Shown here: positions 39,601 to 47,256 of the stretch, piece after piece | Numbering within the stretch: the stretch's first letter is position 1 | Layout: every line of letters begins with the position of its first letter | Assembly (NCBI GenBank): GCA_964507445.1 | Contig: CAZDQF010000020.1 | Span: 6,528-70,527 of the forward strand | Source of the DNA: an uncultured Isosphaeraceae bacterium | Lineage (GTDB): Bacteria > Planctomycetota > GCA-002687715 | DNA: 64,000 nucleotides | Direction of reading: 5' to 3' | Notes under the pieces: model-generated | Told to the model about the DNA's origin: nothing | The model's input: only the letters and a program-made list of their open reading frames with translations | Databases searched by the model: none | Position numbers and translations under genes: made by a program

Positions 39601-39682
39601 CGGCGGCGGGGAGCGGGGTCTCATCCGTCACGGGCGATTCTCCATGGCGGTCAGGAGCTGCCTCAAGGGCGATCCGCCCCAT
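36635..39682 (-). CDS. DGR target: transmembrane Ser/Thr protein kinase with extracytoplasmic coiled-coil region and C-terminal FGE-sulfatase-type C-type-lectin-fold domain carrying the VR
   Basis: Kinase motifs: GQGGQGVVYKA, VALKIL, HRDIKPGNVMI, DFGLAHD, GTPAYMSPEQ. There is one TM helix (LATMTGAAALILIVGASAATAFAL) and a long helical segment. The FGE-type domain reads GTFRMGA...HEVTLDAYLIAKHEVTQGQW...VTNVSW..A..CRW...LPTESQWARACRGG...HDVHGNVWEWC...RVRRGG. Confidence 0.92.
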   Translation of the reverse strand: MGRIALEAAPDRHGESPVTDETPLPAAVLAALLARMEEDRAGEGLQSVESYQALSPGYEETIARKVAEVVRGDTVGGEGGGGLLKVGATFGSYRVEAMLGQGGQGVVYKARDERLNRSVALKILDIRGPGLGAAINRFQREAEVAARLQHPGICSVYESGIEDGVPFIAMQLVEGKALSDAINAMRDATGGATESFHASFDDDLDVTDDEADDDSRTATDLSGPDGAKLDHLLRIVEQIARALHAAHEAGVVHRDIKPGNVMIRDDDTPVILDFGLAHDTLGEGVTLTRAGDLFGTPAYMSPEQLLHNAVTLDRRTDVWSLGVVLYEFLTYRRPFDSPTRQGLFQTIATREPSDPRKLNPAISKDLAVVMATALEKDRDRRYQTALDLAEELRRVREHEPIKARAASALTRLARWGQRNPALATMTGAAALILIVGASAATAFALRAEANAAKAAAHLTEWERLADGRRLDDRREEADGPLWPVVPKNIPAYRAWLDKTRALTARLPEHEAALKALRVRGTYDADEDRARMAAAHARLGVIHAEVAKAEATVRDAEGAKRELSAELAPLETKEDNDDLTSGEARALQRLRQRIEAAEVSIEDAMKVVAGLIAERTRLEAATAVKSSWAFTDEGDQLRHDKLRDLVSGLVALTAEPTAKTVTVSGMEQRLTDAVALERRLAEDDAEAWRRCLADLSRPEPPYHDLEFKPIPALVPLGRDRDSGLWEFWHVASGQRPQWEGEPLGPGKVKLHPDSGAEGMVMVLIPAGTFRMGAISPDKDHPAGSPNVDDQVYDNEGPVHEVTLDAYLIAKHEVTQGQWKRLSADSPSHYRAGETHQGERMTPRMPVTNVSWPQSREACRRWGLELPTESQWARACRGGTTTRFSTGDDLKSLTGYANIGDDARARRYSGGTLQRDFNDGFINLAPVGALKPNPFGLHDVHGNVWEWCLDGYGLYAERRPRAGDGLGTHWLGARFRVRRGGCFRYDARLARSAVRFGGAPGFAGFFLGLRPARRITP
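36647..36777 (-). repeat. DGR variable repeat (VR) at the 3' end of the target gene
   Basis: It encodes ...LGARFRVRRGGCFRYDARLARSAVRFGGAPGFAGFFLGLRPARR. It matches the TR except at 28 (30 if extended by 2 nt) positions, all of them TR adenines. It ends about 10 nt before the stop codon at 36635-36637. Confidence 0.9.
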
Positions 39683-39781
39683 ACGACATGGAAGCAGACT
39701 ATCCGATGGGCCACCACTACGGAATGGCGGTGGAGTTCCACAGCAGGTCTACGCTTTCCGGGCCCGGGTAGTCTGGTGCCC

Positions 39782-40894
39782 ATGACGATCTCGTTGCTGG
39801 CGTGGGTGATCTGGACGCTGCCCTTCGGGGCGGATGAGGGGCTATACGGGGCGTCGACGGCGGTGCCGCCCGTGACCTCGGTGGTGGTGGACGGTGAGCG
39901 ATTCGGCGCTGAGGCAGATGAGGCCGGCCCGATCGGGGGAGGGGCGGGATACGGAGCGGTGGTCACCACGGGGGCGCGGGTGGTCAAGGACCTGGACGGC
40001 CTGGTGCAGGCCCTGTCCGAGGCGAAAGCGGGGGACGTGGTGTTCGTACCGGGGAATGTGGTCATCGACTGCACGGCCCGTTGCCTGATCGAAGAGCTGG
40101 TGTTGGAGGTGCCCGCAGGGGTCACGTTGGCGAGTGACCGGGGGAAGGGAGGCTCGCCGGGAGCGCTCATCTTCTCGGATCATCTGGCGACCCGTCCGTT
40201 GATCCGCACCCAGGGTCCTGGAGTGCGCATCTCGGGGCTTCGCTTGCGAGGGCCGGACCCGGAGCGTCGCCTGGATCATCATCGGCGCGCGTATCGCGGC
40301 ACCCGCAAGCGGGACCCGGACTACTACTACAGCCTGCCCACGTCTGATGGGATCGAGGCGCGTCACGGTAGTCTCGAGGTGGACAACTGCGAGCTGGCGG
40401 GCTGGAGCCACGCCGCGGTGTTTCTGCGGCGCGGAGAGGGGCACCACATCCACCACTGCTTCATGCACCACAATCAACGCCAGGGTCTCGGGTACGGCGT
40501 CTGTCTGGATGTGGCGGTGGCGTTGATCGAGCGCAACCTGTTCGACTGGAACCGTCACTCCATCGCCGCAACGGGCCGTCCGGGGAGCGGCTACGAGGCC
40601 CGCCACAATGTCGAGCGAGGGGAGTCCCTGAGCCACTGCTTCGACATGCACGGGGGGCGTGACCGCCGCGACGGGACCAACGTGGCGGGTACGTGGATGA
40701 ACGTCCATCACAACGCGTTCTTCTGTCCCCGGCGTGCGCTGGTGGTTCGGGGCGAGCCCGAAAAGGAGGCTCGCGTCCATGGGAACTGGTTCTTTCATGA
40801 CACGCCGGGAGCGGCGGTGCGGGGAGAGAAACGGACGGTCCTGGGGGCCAACGCCTACGGCCTGAAGGCGCCGAAGATCCGGCGGGGTCCTTAG
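39782..40894 (+). CDS. right-handed parallel beta-helix repeat protein (pectate-lyase-fold), secreted
   Basis: I trimmed the start to MTISLLAWVIWTLPFG at 39782. The rest of track ORF 39092.. overlaps the DGR target on the opposite strand. It has His/Gly-rich beta-helix rungs (GWSHAAVFL, HHCFMHHNQRQGLGYGV, NRHSIAATG, SHCFDMHGG). Confidence 0.7.
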   Translation: MTISLLAWVIWTLPFGADEGLYGASTAVPPVTSVVVDGERFGAEADEAGPIGGGAGYGAVVTTGARVVKDLDGLVQALSEAKAGDVVFVPGNVVIDCTARCLIEELVLEVPAGVTLASDRGKGGSPGALIFSDHLATRPLIRTQGPGVRISGLRLRGPDPERRLDHHRRAYRGTRKRDPDYYYSLPTSDGIEARHGSLEVDNCELAGWSHAAVFLRRGEGHHIHHCFMHHNQRQGLGYGVCLDVAVALIERNLFDWNRHSIAATGRPGSGYEARHNVERGESLSHCFDMHGGRDRRDGTNVAGTWMNVHHNAFFCPRRALVVRGEPEKEARVHGNWFFHDTPGAAVRGEKRTVLGANAYGLKAPKIRRGP

Positions 40895-40982
40895 GAGGCG
40901 GGAGGGCAGGAGAGGTCCGAGGCTCCTACGGCGGCGTCCGCGAGGCTGCGGGAGCCGTGTTTTCCCATCCTGGTTACGATGG

Positions 40983-42497
40983 ATGTGGACGATCGTCATG
41001 AGATCCCGTCGACTCTGGATTCCCCTGTGCGTGTGCGCCCTCTTCTCCGCGTGCTCGCGAGCCCCCGACTCTGTCGCGGATGCGGGCCCGGAGACCGTCC
41101 TGGTGCAGCGAGGTCCGCTCCGTCTCGTGGTGCGGGAGGGAGGGACCCTGGTGGCGACTCACGCCACCAAGATCGACAACAAGGCTTGGGAGCGTCGGGC
41201 CATCATCAAGCTGGTGGAGGAGGGGACCTTCGTCGAGAAGGGGCAGCTGGTCTGCGAGCTGGATTCCGAGGACCTGGAGGACTCTCTGCTCAAGCACGAG
41301 CGCTCGGTGACCGCCGCGCGGTCGGACGCCCGTCAGGCGGAAGAGGCGGTGGCGATCCAGGCCAAGCAGAACCTGGAGTCCCTCAAGTCGGCGGAGACCA
41401 CCCTCGCGTTGGCTGAGAGATCCCACAGGGCTTACGTGGAAGGGACCATACTGCTCGAGCGAGACAAGTTCAGTTCGCAGTTGACCGTGGCCCGGGAGGA
41501 ACTGAAGCGGGCCGAGACCGAGTACCAGGCTTCGGCCCGGTTGTTCGCAGGGGAGATCATCCCCAAGACCCAGTTGGAAGCGGACGAGTTGGGGCGCACC
41601 AAGGCGCAAGAGCACGTGGTCATCGCCCAGAGGCGCCTCGCGCACTTCCAGGAGTTCACGGCGCCGGACGAGCTGAAGAAGCTGGCGTCTTCGCTGGAGG
41701 TGGCCCGGATCGCCTTCGAGCGAGTGCAGCAGCAGGCCGCTTCGGAGATGGCCCAGGCGGAGGACACGCTCGAGACCGTCAGGAAGCACCTGGCCAATGA
41801 GGTGGAGATCTACGAGAAGATCAAGCGGCACATTGGTTACTGCACCATCGAGGCGCCGGTGGACGGGTTCATCGTCTACGCCCGGCGGAGGGGCTGGGAC
41901 AAGGAGGAGCCCATCTCTCTCGGGCGCCGCGTGTGGCAGGGGGAGAACCTGCTCCGGATCCCGGATCTCAGCGAGATGGCGGTGGAGCTGGACATCCATG
42001 AATCCAGCGTCAAGCGCATCGTCCGGGGGCAGCGGGCGACGGTGACCGTGGACGCACTGCCGGGAGAGTCGTTCCCTGCACGGATGGTCAAGATCGCGCC
42101 TATCCCCTCCAGCAAGTCGTCGTGGATGAACCCGGATCTGAAGGTGTACGAGGCGGACGTCGTGCTCGATCACGAGATCAACGGTGCCCGCCCGGGAATG
42201 CACGCGGATGTGGAGATCGTCGTCGGCGAGGACGAAGACGTGCTGCAGATCCCGCTTCAGGCGGTGGTCCTCTCGGGGGCCAGCCCGTTCGTTTACGTCG
42301 CCCACGACGATCGCGTGGAGTTGAGGCCGGTTGTGCTCGGCCCCAACAACGAGGCGGCGGTGGAGGTGCTGTCGGGCCTCCGCGAGGGAGAGCGCGTCTA
42401 CCTGTCCGCTCCGGAAGGCGCTCCGCAGCTGCCCCCGCCCGCGTTGCGGGAGTTCCTCGCCCCGGCGGGAGACTCACCGGTAGACAACGGCGGATAG
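40983..42497 (+). CDS. HlyD/MacA-type periplasmic adaptor (membrane fusion) protein
   Basis: It has an N-terminal lipoprotein-like signal (LCVCALFSACS), a long coiled-coil hairpin region, and a beta-barrel/C-terminal part (CTIEAPVDGFIVY, GMHADVEIVVGE..VLQIPLQAV). The start may be MRSRRLW. Confidence 0.8.
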   Translation: MWTIVMRSRRLWIPLCVCALFSACSRAPDSVADAGPETVLVQRGPLRLVVREGGTLVATHATKIDNKAWERRAIIKLVEEGTFVEKGQLVCELDSEDLEDSLLKHERSVTAARSDARQAEEAVAIQAKQNLESLKSAETTLALAERSHRAYVEGTILLERDKFSSQLTVAREELKRAETEYQASARLFAGEIIPKTQLEADELGRTKAQEHVVIAQRRLAHFQEFTAPDELKKLASSLEVARIAFERVQQQAASEMAQAEDTLETVRKHLANEVEIYEKIKRHIGYCTIEAPVDGFIVYARRRGWDKEEPISLGRRVWQGENLLRIPDLSEMAVELDIHESSVKRIVRGQRATVTVDALPGESFPARMVKIAPIPSSKSSWMNPDLKVYEADVVLDHEINGARPGMHADVEIVVGEDEDVLQIPLQAVVLSGASPFVYVAHDDRVELRPVVLGPNNEAAVEVLSGLREGERVYLSAPEGAPQLPPPALREFLAPAGDSPVDNGG

Positions 42498-42634
42498 GGC
42501 CTTCCCCCGCCAGCCCAGGGGCCGTTACCTCAAGAATCTGGGCTATTTTCGCTTACCGATGCGATTCACTGTATTGGCGGCGCCATGAATCGTGCTGCTG
42601 TAGTCGGTGCGGTGCGGTGCGGAAGGAGAAGAGG

Positions 42635-45292
42635 ATGAGAGAGTGGGTGGTTCCAGGAGTGTTGCTGCTGGCGGTGACCGGATTGGCGCTGTGGATTCTC
42701 ATGGACCCGACTGACCAGGGGATGCTGGAGTCGGACGGACAGGTCACCCCCGTGTCCGATGAGTCTCCCAGGCCTGGCACGTCGACGACCGCACCGGGGG
42801 ACGTCGCCACCTCTCCGCGGGACGCCGCCGTCTCCACGAGCCCGTTCTCTGAAGAGGAGGCTCCGGTTGAGCCCGACCCCACGCCCACCAAGACCGTCAC
42901 CGTGGAGGTGTACACCGTCGATCCGGAGTCCGGCGACGAGAAGGTGATGCCGGACGTCGAGGTGTGGTTCCTCAGGCGTGATCCGGAGGTGATGAAGAAG
43001 GTTAGTTTCACGATCAACGGCGGGAGGAAGATCGAGGACGTCGTGAGGGAGGTCGGGCAGGCTTACCGGACCGGTAGTGATGGCCGGACCGAGGTGCCCG
43101 CTGAGCCCAACAGGAGCGGGCTGTTCGTCATGATCCCGGGCTTCCTCGGGACGGACGATACCGGTCGCGGGGACGATGACCTGATCCGTTTGCGTCTCGA
43201 ACCCACGATCACCGTGCCCGTGCGGGTGGTGGACACGGACGGCGCTCCGGTGGCGGGTGTCCCGGTGAGCGTGGTGAACGCGGAAGGGCGGCCCCTGGGC
43301 ATGGCCCCGCTGGCCTCGGACCAGGAAGGGACGGCGGAGTGTGTCATCGACGCCCGGCGGTGGGCACGAGGAGGAGGCGGCCAGGGCACGCAGGTGACTC
43401 TGGCGATCCCGCTGTCCGAGGCGGACGCCAAGACGACCGCGGCGCCCGTGGACCTGAGCGCGTTGCCCACGGAGCCGATTACCCTGGTGATGCCGTCGGT
43501 GGGGAGCGTGGTTGTTGAGATCGACGCCCCGGACAATTGGAACGGGGAACAGGTCTTGGTCATCATGAAGAGGGGCTCCGCGGATGGCTCGGAGCCTCGT
43601 CGCCGCCGCTCCAGATCCCGTGATCGCTGGCACGCGTCGGTGGAAGACGGGGTGGCTCGTTTCCACCACGTCGGGATCGGCGTGCTCTGGGATTTCGATG
43701 TGGTCGACGAGGGAGGCTTCGAGGCCGAAGCAGAGGGAGTCGCCGGGCCGGGCCATGCCGGGGAGGAGGTGAGGGTCGTCCTCAGCCCGGAGCGGAACGA
43801 TCCCGTGATCACGTTCCGTGTGGTCGATGAGGAAGGCGCTCCGCGCCCTGGATTGGACCTGCAGTTAGACCTCACCGTACGCTCAGAGAACAGCTCCAAC
43901 TCGAGCGGTCGGTCGGCCCGGACGGATGGCGACGGCCGGGTCGAGTACCTGGTGTCGCGAGAGTGGAGGCCGTCCGAGAAACGGACGCTGCTGATTTGCC
44001 AGTCAACCAGAAACGGGCGTGAGGATCTGGGGCACTCCCATCGCCTGGACCTGTCCCGAGACCTGTCTTCCGGTGTGACCGACCTGGGAGACCTGCGCCT
44101 GTCGCCCGCGCCGGTGTTCGTGTCCGGGGTCGTGGTGGACGAGGCCGGGACTCCCATCGAGGGGGCTCGCGGATCACTCCAGCGCCAGCAGGTCAGCCGC
44201 TATGGCCGCAACAACGAGCGCGTCCACGAGTACTGGACCTACGCCGCGGGGGAGAAGAGCGGAGAGATCAGCGACGCTGAAGGGCGGTTTGTCATTCGGT
44301 CGTTCGAGTTGTCTGAAGATCTCCATCGGATCAAGTTCAGCAAGTCCGGCTTCAGCCACGAGGAGGCCTTGGAGTTCACTCCGGGCGGCACGGGGCTGCG
44401 GGTGATCCTGCGCGGCGCGGGTCAGGTCCATGCCCAGGTGCTCTTGCCGGATGGATGTGGCGATTCCCAGTTACGGGCCGAGTTGAGGGACCAGAACGCG
44501 GCCGAGGGAGAGACGGAGACGGCGGCAGCGTACGTCGGGAGTCGGCAAGGCAAGCTGAGCTTTGAGTCGGTGCCGCCGGGCGTCTACGACCTCTCGCTGA
44601 AGGTCTCGCACGGCGTCGGCAAGTCGCTGATCCAGCTGCGAGGCCTGACCGTGCGGGCCGGCGAGTCCTGCGCCGATCCGCGTCTCGATCCCATCGATCT
44701 TCGAGACAAGATCCAGGCCGTTGACGTCCTCGTCGTAGATTCGTCAGGAGCGCCCATCGAGGACGCGTCCGTGAACCTGACCTTCGAGAGGCGGAGCTCC
44801 GGGAGAAGGACGGGAGCGGATGGACGCCGCCGACTCATCCTGCCCATGGACCCCTCCGGGTTCGAGCTCCGTGTCCGCAAGGACGGCTTCATGGCTGCCG
44901 TGGTCAAGGAGCTCCGGTCCGAAGTTCGGGTCACCCTCGAAGCCGCACCGTCGATCCTGGTGCAGGTGGCTCCCGGAGCGCTCTCCGGTCTGGGGTCTCA
45001 TGTCCTGTCCGTTTCCTTGAGGCCGGCGATTCGCAAGTCAGGTTCCCTGCAACAGAGCACGGACTCCGTAGACATCGTCGCTGGGAAGGACGCACGGATC
45101 AGCGTCGCGGTGCCGGGTTCTTATCGGTTGCGCTGGACGCTCTGGGAGGTCACGGGCCCGGGCTCCAGGAGCGGTCGTCGGGTGAAGACCGCGTCCGATC
45201 AGGTCCTGGAGATCCTCGCCCAGGATCGTGACCGGCTGGTGATCGCCCAGTTGACCGCCGCGGAGGTGCGGCGGTCGCTCGACCGCAAGTAG
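42635..45292 (+). CDS. large membrane-anchored/secreted protein with repeated carboxypeptidase-regulatory-like (transthyretin/Ig-like) beta-sandwich units
   Basis: The ATG at 42635 is preceded by GGAAGGAG. It has an N-terminal TM helix, VVPGVLLLAVTGLALWIL. It has repeated V-V-D..G.P..G-type modules (VRVVDTDGAPVAGVPV, FRVVDEEGAPRPG, GVVVDEAGTPIEGA, VLVVDSSGAPIEDA). The upstream part of the track ORF is off-frame Arg/Gly junk. Confidence 0.6.
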   Translation: MREWVVPGVLLLAVTGLALWILMDPTDQGMLESDGQVTPVSDESPRPGTSTTAPGDVATSPRDAAVSTSPFSEEEAPVEPDPTPTKTVTVEVYTVDPESGDEKVMPDVEVWFLRRDPEVMKKVSFTINGGRKIEDVVREVGQAYRTGSDGRTEVPAEPNRSGLFVMIPGFLGTDDTGRGDDDLIRLRLEPTITVPVRVVDTDGAPVAGVPVSVVNAEGRPLGMAPLASDQEGTAECVIDARRWARGGGGQGTQVTLAIPLSEADAKTTAAPVDLSALPTEPITLVMPSVGSVVVEIDAPDNWNGEQVLVIMKRGSADGSEPRRRRSRSRDRWHASVEDGVARFHHVGIGVLWDFDVVDEGGFEAEAEGVAGPGHAGEEVRVVLSPERNDPVITFRVVDEEGAPRPGLDLQLDLTVRSENSSNSSGRSARTDGDGRVEYLVSREWRPSEKRTLLICQSTRNGREDLGHSHRLDLSRDLSSGVTDLGDLRLSPAPVFVSGVVVDEAGTPIEGARGSLQRQQVSRYGRNNERVHEYWTYAAGEKSGEISDAEGRFVIRSFELSEDLHRIKFSKSGFSHEEALEFTPGGTGLRVILRGAGQVHAQVLLPDGCGDSQLRAELRDQNAAEGETETAAAYVGSRQGKLSFESVPPGVYDLSLKVSHGVGKSLIQLRGLTVRAGESCADPRLDPIDLRDKIQAVDVLVVDSSGAPIEDASVNLTFERRSSGRRTGADGRRRLILPMDPSGFELRVRKDGFMAAVVKELRSEVRVTLEAAPSILVQVAPGALSGLGSHVLSVSLRPAIRKSGSLQQSTDSVDIVAGKDARISVAVPGSYRLRWTLWEVTGPGSRSGRRVKTASDQVLEILAQDRDRLVIAQLTAAEVRRSLDRK

Positions 45293-45436
45293 CGGCGTCC
45301 CGGGTGTTGGTGCCGAGCTCCTGGGTCGGACACGGACGGGTCCGGCACTGGTTCTGGGGCGGCTCGGGAATAACCCGCCGCCATCGGGGTCATGGGGCTT
45401 GATGGACGGGCTATCCGACAACTGAAGGGAGCGAGC

Positions 45437-46213
45437 ATGTCTCCTCAACCGACCCGAATCTCCAGCGCGTTGCTGGCCTGCGCCCTGATGTTCAACCCGA
45501 ATGTGGCCCTCGCGCAGGATGCGCCCCCGGTGACCTGGGCGGCTGACTACCCGTCAGCGCTGATCATGGCGGTCCGCGACGACAAACCCGTGTTCGTCTA
45601 CGTCTACGACTCCGTGTGAGGTGTCTACTGCGACTCCCTGGTCGAGGGAGATGCGATCCTGTCGGATGACGTGCGCCGGCTGGCGAGGTCCTTCATCAAC
45701 GTGCGGCTTGATTCCCGTAACGGCGCCGGCGACGTGGTCAGGGACCTTCATGTCGCGCGCAACGCCAGCTACGTCCTGCTGCTGGATTCTCGTGGTCGCG
45801 AGGTCTACCGATTGCGGAGCGAATCGCCCCGGGGCGAGATCCCCACCGCGGCGGTCATCGGGCGCATGGATGAGCTGCGCAAGACACGGCGCACCGGTCG
45901 GGTCGGGGTCCGTCTGCTGGAGCGTCTGATCCAGGACCCCAATTCGCTGATCCGTGAAGACGCGGTCTCCAGTCTGCGCCGAATGGGACCCGAGGCGGCC
46001 CCGGCGGTGGGGACGTTGATACGGGCGTTGAAGGACGAGTCGGTGGCCGTCCGCCGTGGCGCGGCGCTCGCCCTGGGTGCGGTGGGCGCCAAGGCCCGCG
46101 GTGCGTTGCCTGCGTTGCGGGCGATCGCAGACTCCGGGCCTGATGGCAGCGAGCACATCAACGTCGTGCTCGCCGCGCGGAGGGCGGTCAGGGAGATCAA
46201 CGCACACCGTTGA
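45437..46213 (+). CDS. secreted thioredoxin-fold + HEAT-repeat protein interrupted by one in-frame TGA (45617-45619): candidate selenoprotein or pseudogene
   Basis: Track ORFs 45392..45619 and 45671..46213 are in the same frame. The translation reads through as ...KPVFVYVYDSV[TGA]GVYCDSLVEGDAILSDDVRRLARSFINVRLD.... The signal peptide is MSPQPTRISSALLACALMFNPNVALAQ, with AAGGGAG upstream. The C-terminus has HEAT repeats. Confidence 0.5.
45629..45655 (+). promoter_or_regulatory. hairpin 10-36 nt downstream of the in-frame TGA; candidate bacterial SECIS element
   Basis: TGCGACTCCC-tggtcga-GGGAGATGCG. The upper stem CTCCC/GGGAG has 5 bp. The lower stem has one A:A mismatch and G:T pairs. The apical loop contains GGUC, as does the E. 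coli fdhF SECIS loop as I recall it. Confidence 0.3.
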
Positions 46214-46230
46214 GGTGGTCCTCCGCCCCC

Positions 46231-47220
46231 TCACACGTGGTTCCTGAGCATGAGCTCCTTCGGGTGCGGATCCAGGTAGAGCTGCTCGAGGGCGTACTCG
46301 ACCTCCACGTTGCGGATCTCGTAGCGGAGCAGTGACAGGGGGCCGCTGAGCGGGACCAATCCCTGCCGGAAGTCCTCGATGATGGTGAGGAGCGCGCGCT
46401 TCTGGGCCGCGCCGAGCTCGTTCTTGAGGTAGCCCATCAGGTGGTGCATGACGTTGACGTGCTTGCGCGCGGTGGGCTTCCTGGCGAGGGTCTCGGCGAA
46501 GAGGGATTCGTACTGGCTGACGATCTCCCGATCGGGTCGGGTGCCAAGGTCCCCCACGAGGCGGCCGAGGGCCCTGTAGCCCTTCTCGTCGTGGGCTCTC
46601 AAGAGCATCTTGTGCGCGGTGTGGAAGGCCACGAGCTTGCGGCGGCTGACCCGCCCCTTCTTCATGATCCTCCAGCGGTTCTGGCAGAAGATCCGTTCGA
46701 TGAAGTTCTCTCTCAGGAGGGGGTCGTTGAGCCTGCCCTCCTCCTCCGTGGGGAGGCCCGGGGCGGTCTCCATGAGCGGCTTGGCGAAGTGCCCGACGCC
46801 CCGCTTGTGTGCAGGGGCGGTGCCGCCCCAGACCTTGACCCGCTCCATGCCGCATGACGGAGAGCCGCGCTTGAAGACGAAGCCGTCCAGGCCATCGGAC
46901 AGCAGCCTCCGCACCCGCTTCTTGGCATAGCTCGCCATGGCCGCGGTGTGGTCGACACCTGAGACGGGGTCGATGAGCCGCGTCTCGTCCCCGTCCTGCC
47001 GCAGCCTGATGGTGGGCCGCGGGACGGGCATGCCCACCTCCACTTCCGGGCACACGGGCTTCCAGGTCACCCACTTCCCGAGGGTGTCGGTCAGGAAGCG
47101 ATCGTGCTTGTGTCCGCCGTCGTAGCGGACCTGTTCGCCCAGCAGGCAGGCGGAGACGCCGATGGTGATGGGCTCATCATCGGAGTGCCACTGACGCCAG
47201 GCGGATTCGGGTTGTGCCAT
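46231..47220 (-). CDS. DUF523 + DUF1722 two-domain protein (YbgA/YbbK-like)
   Basis: Motifs seen: ITIGVSACLLGEQVRYDGGHK (DUF523 signature) and CPEVEVGMPVPRP. The C-terminal helical DUF1722-like half carries HTAHKMLLRAH. Confidence 0.85.
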   Translation of the reverse strand: MAQPESAWRQWHSDDEPITIGVSACLLGEQVRYDGGHKHDRFLTDTLGKWVTWKPVCPEVEVGMPVPRPTIRLRQDGDETRLIDPVSGVDHTAAMASYAKKRVRRLLSDGLDGFVFKRGSPSCGMERVKVWGGTAPAHKRGVGHFAKPLMETAPGLPTEEEGRLNDPLLRENFIERIFCQNRWRIMKKGRVSRRKLVAFHTAHKMLLRAHDEKGYRALGRLVGDLGTRPDREIVSQYESLFAETLARKPTARKHVNVMHHLMGYLKNELGAAQKRALLTIIEDFRQGLVPLSGPLSLLRYEIRNVEVEYALEQLYLDPHPKELMLRNHV

Positions 47221-47256
47221 GGATCGGGTTTGCCGGTCTTGTCCGGACGCCGCGTG

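Larger units (their letters stand above)
34405..39682 (-). mobile_element. diversity-generating retroelement (DGR) cassette: target gene with VR - HRDC gene - avd - reverse transcriptase - TR
   Basis: All components are identified individually in the entries below. The TR/VR pair shows adenine-specific mismatches, which is diagnostic for a DGR. Confidence 0.9.

Noticed and set aside
39092-39781. N-terminal 230 codons of the 600-aa plus-strand ORF.
   Set aside because: This part is antisense to the well-supported kinase domain of the DGR target and is compositionally junk. The real beta-helix gene starts at the signal-like MTISLLAW at 39782.
40974-42305. 443-aa minus-strand ORF, and 39842..40999 (385 aa).
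   Set aside because: They are antisense to the HlyD-type adaptor and the beta-helix genes respectively, and have no motifs.
42601-42625. Short tandem repeat GGTGC GGTGC GGTGC GG just upstream of the RBS of the 42635 gene.
   Set aside because: It has only three 5-nt units in GC-rich DNA, which is too short to tell from chance. It is noted but not annotated.
42122-42634. N-terminal extension of the 1056-aa ORF.
   Set aside because: It overlaps the 3' end of the adaptor gene and is Arg/Gly/Pro-rich. A strong RBS plus ATG at 42635 precedes a TM helix, which fits a real start.
45554-47074. 506-aa minus-strand ORF, and 47567..49042 (491 aa).
   Set aside because: They are off-frame or antisense to the DUF523/DUF1722 and sulfatase genes, both of which carry signature motifs.
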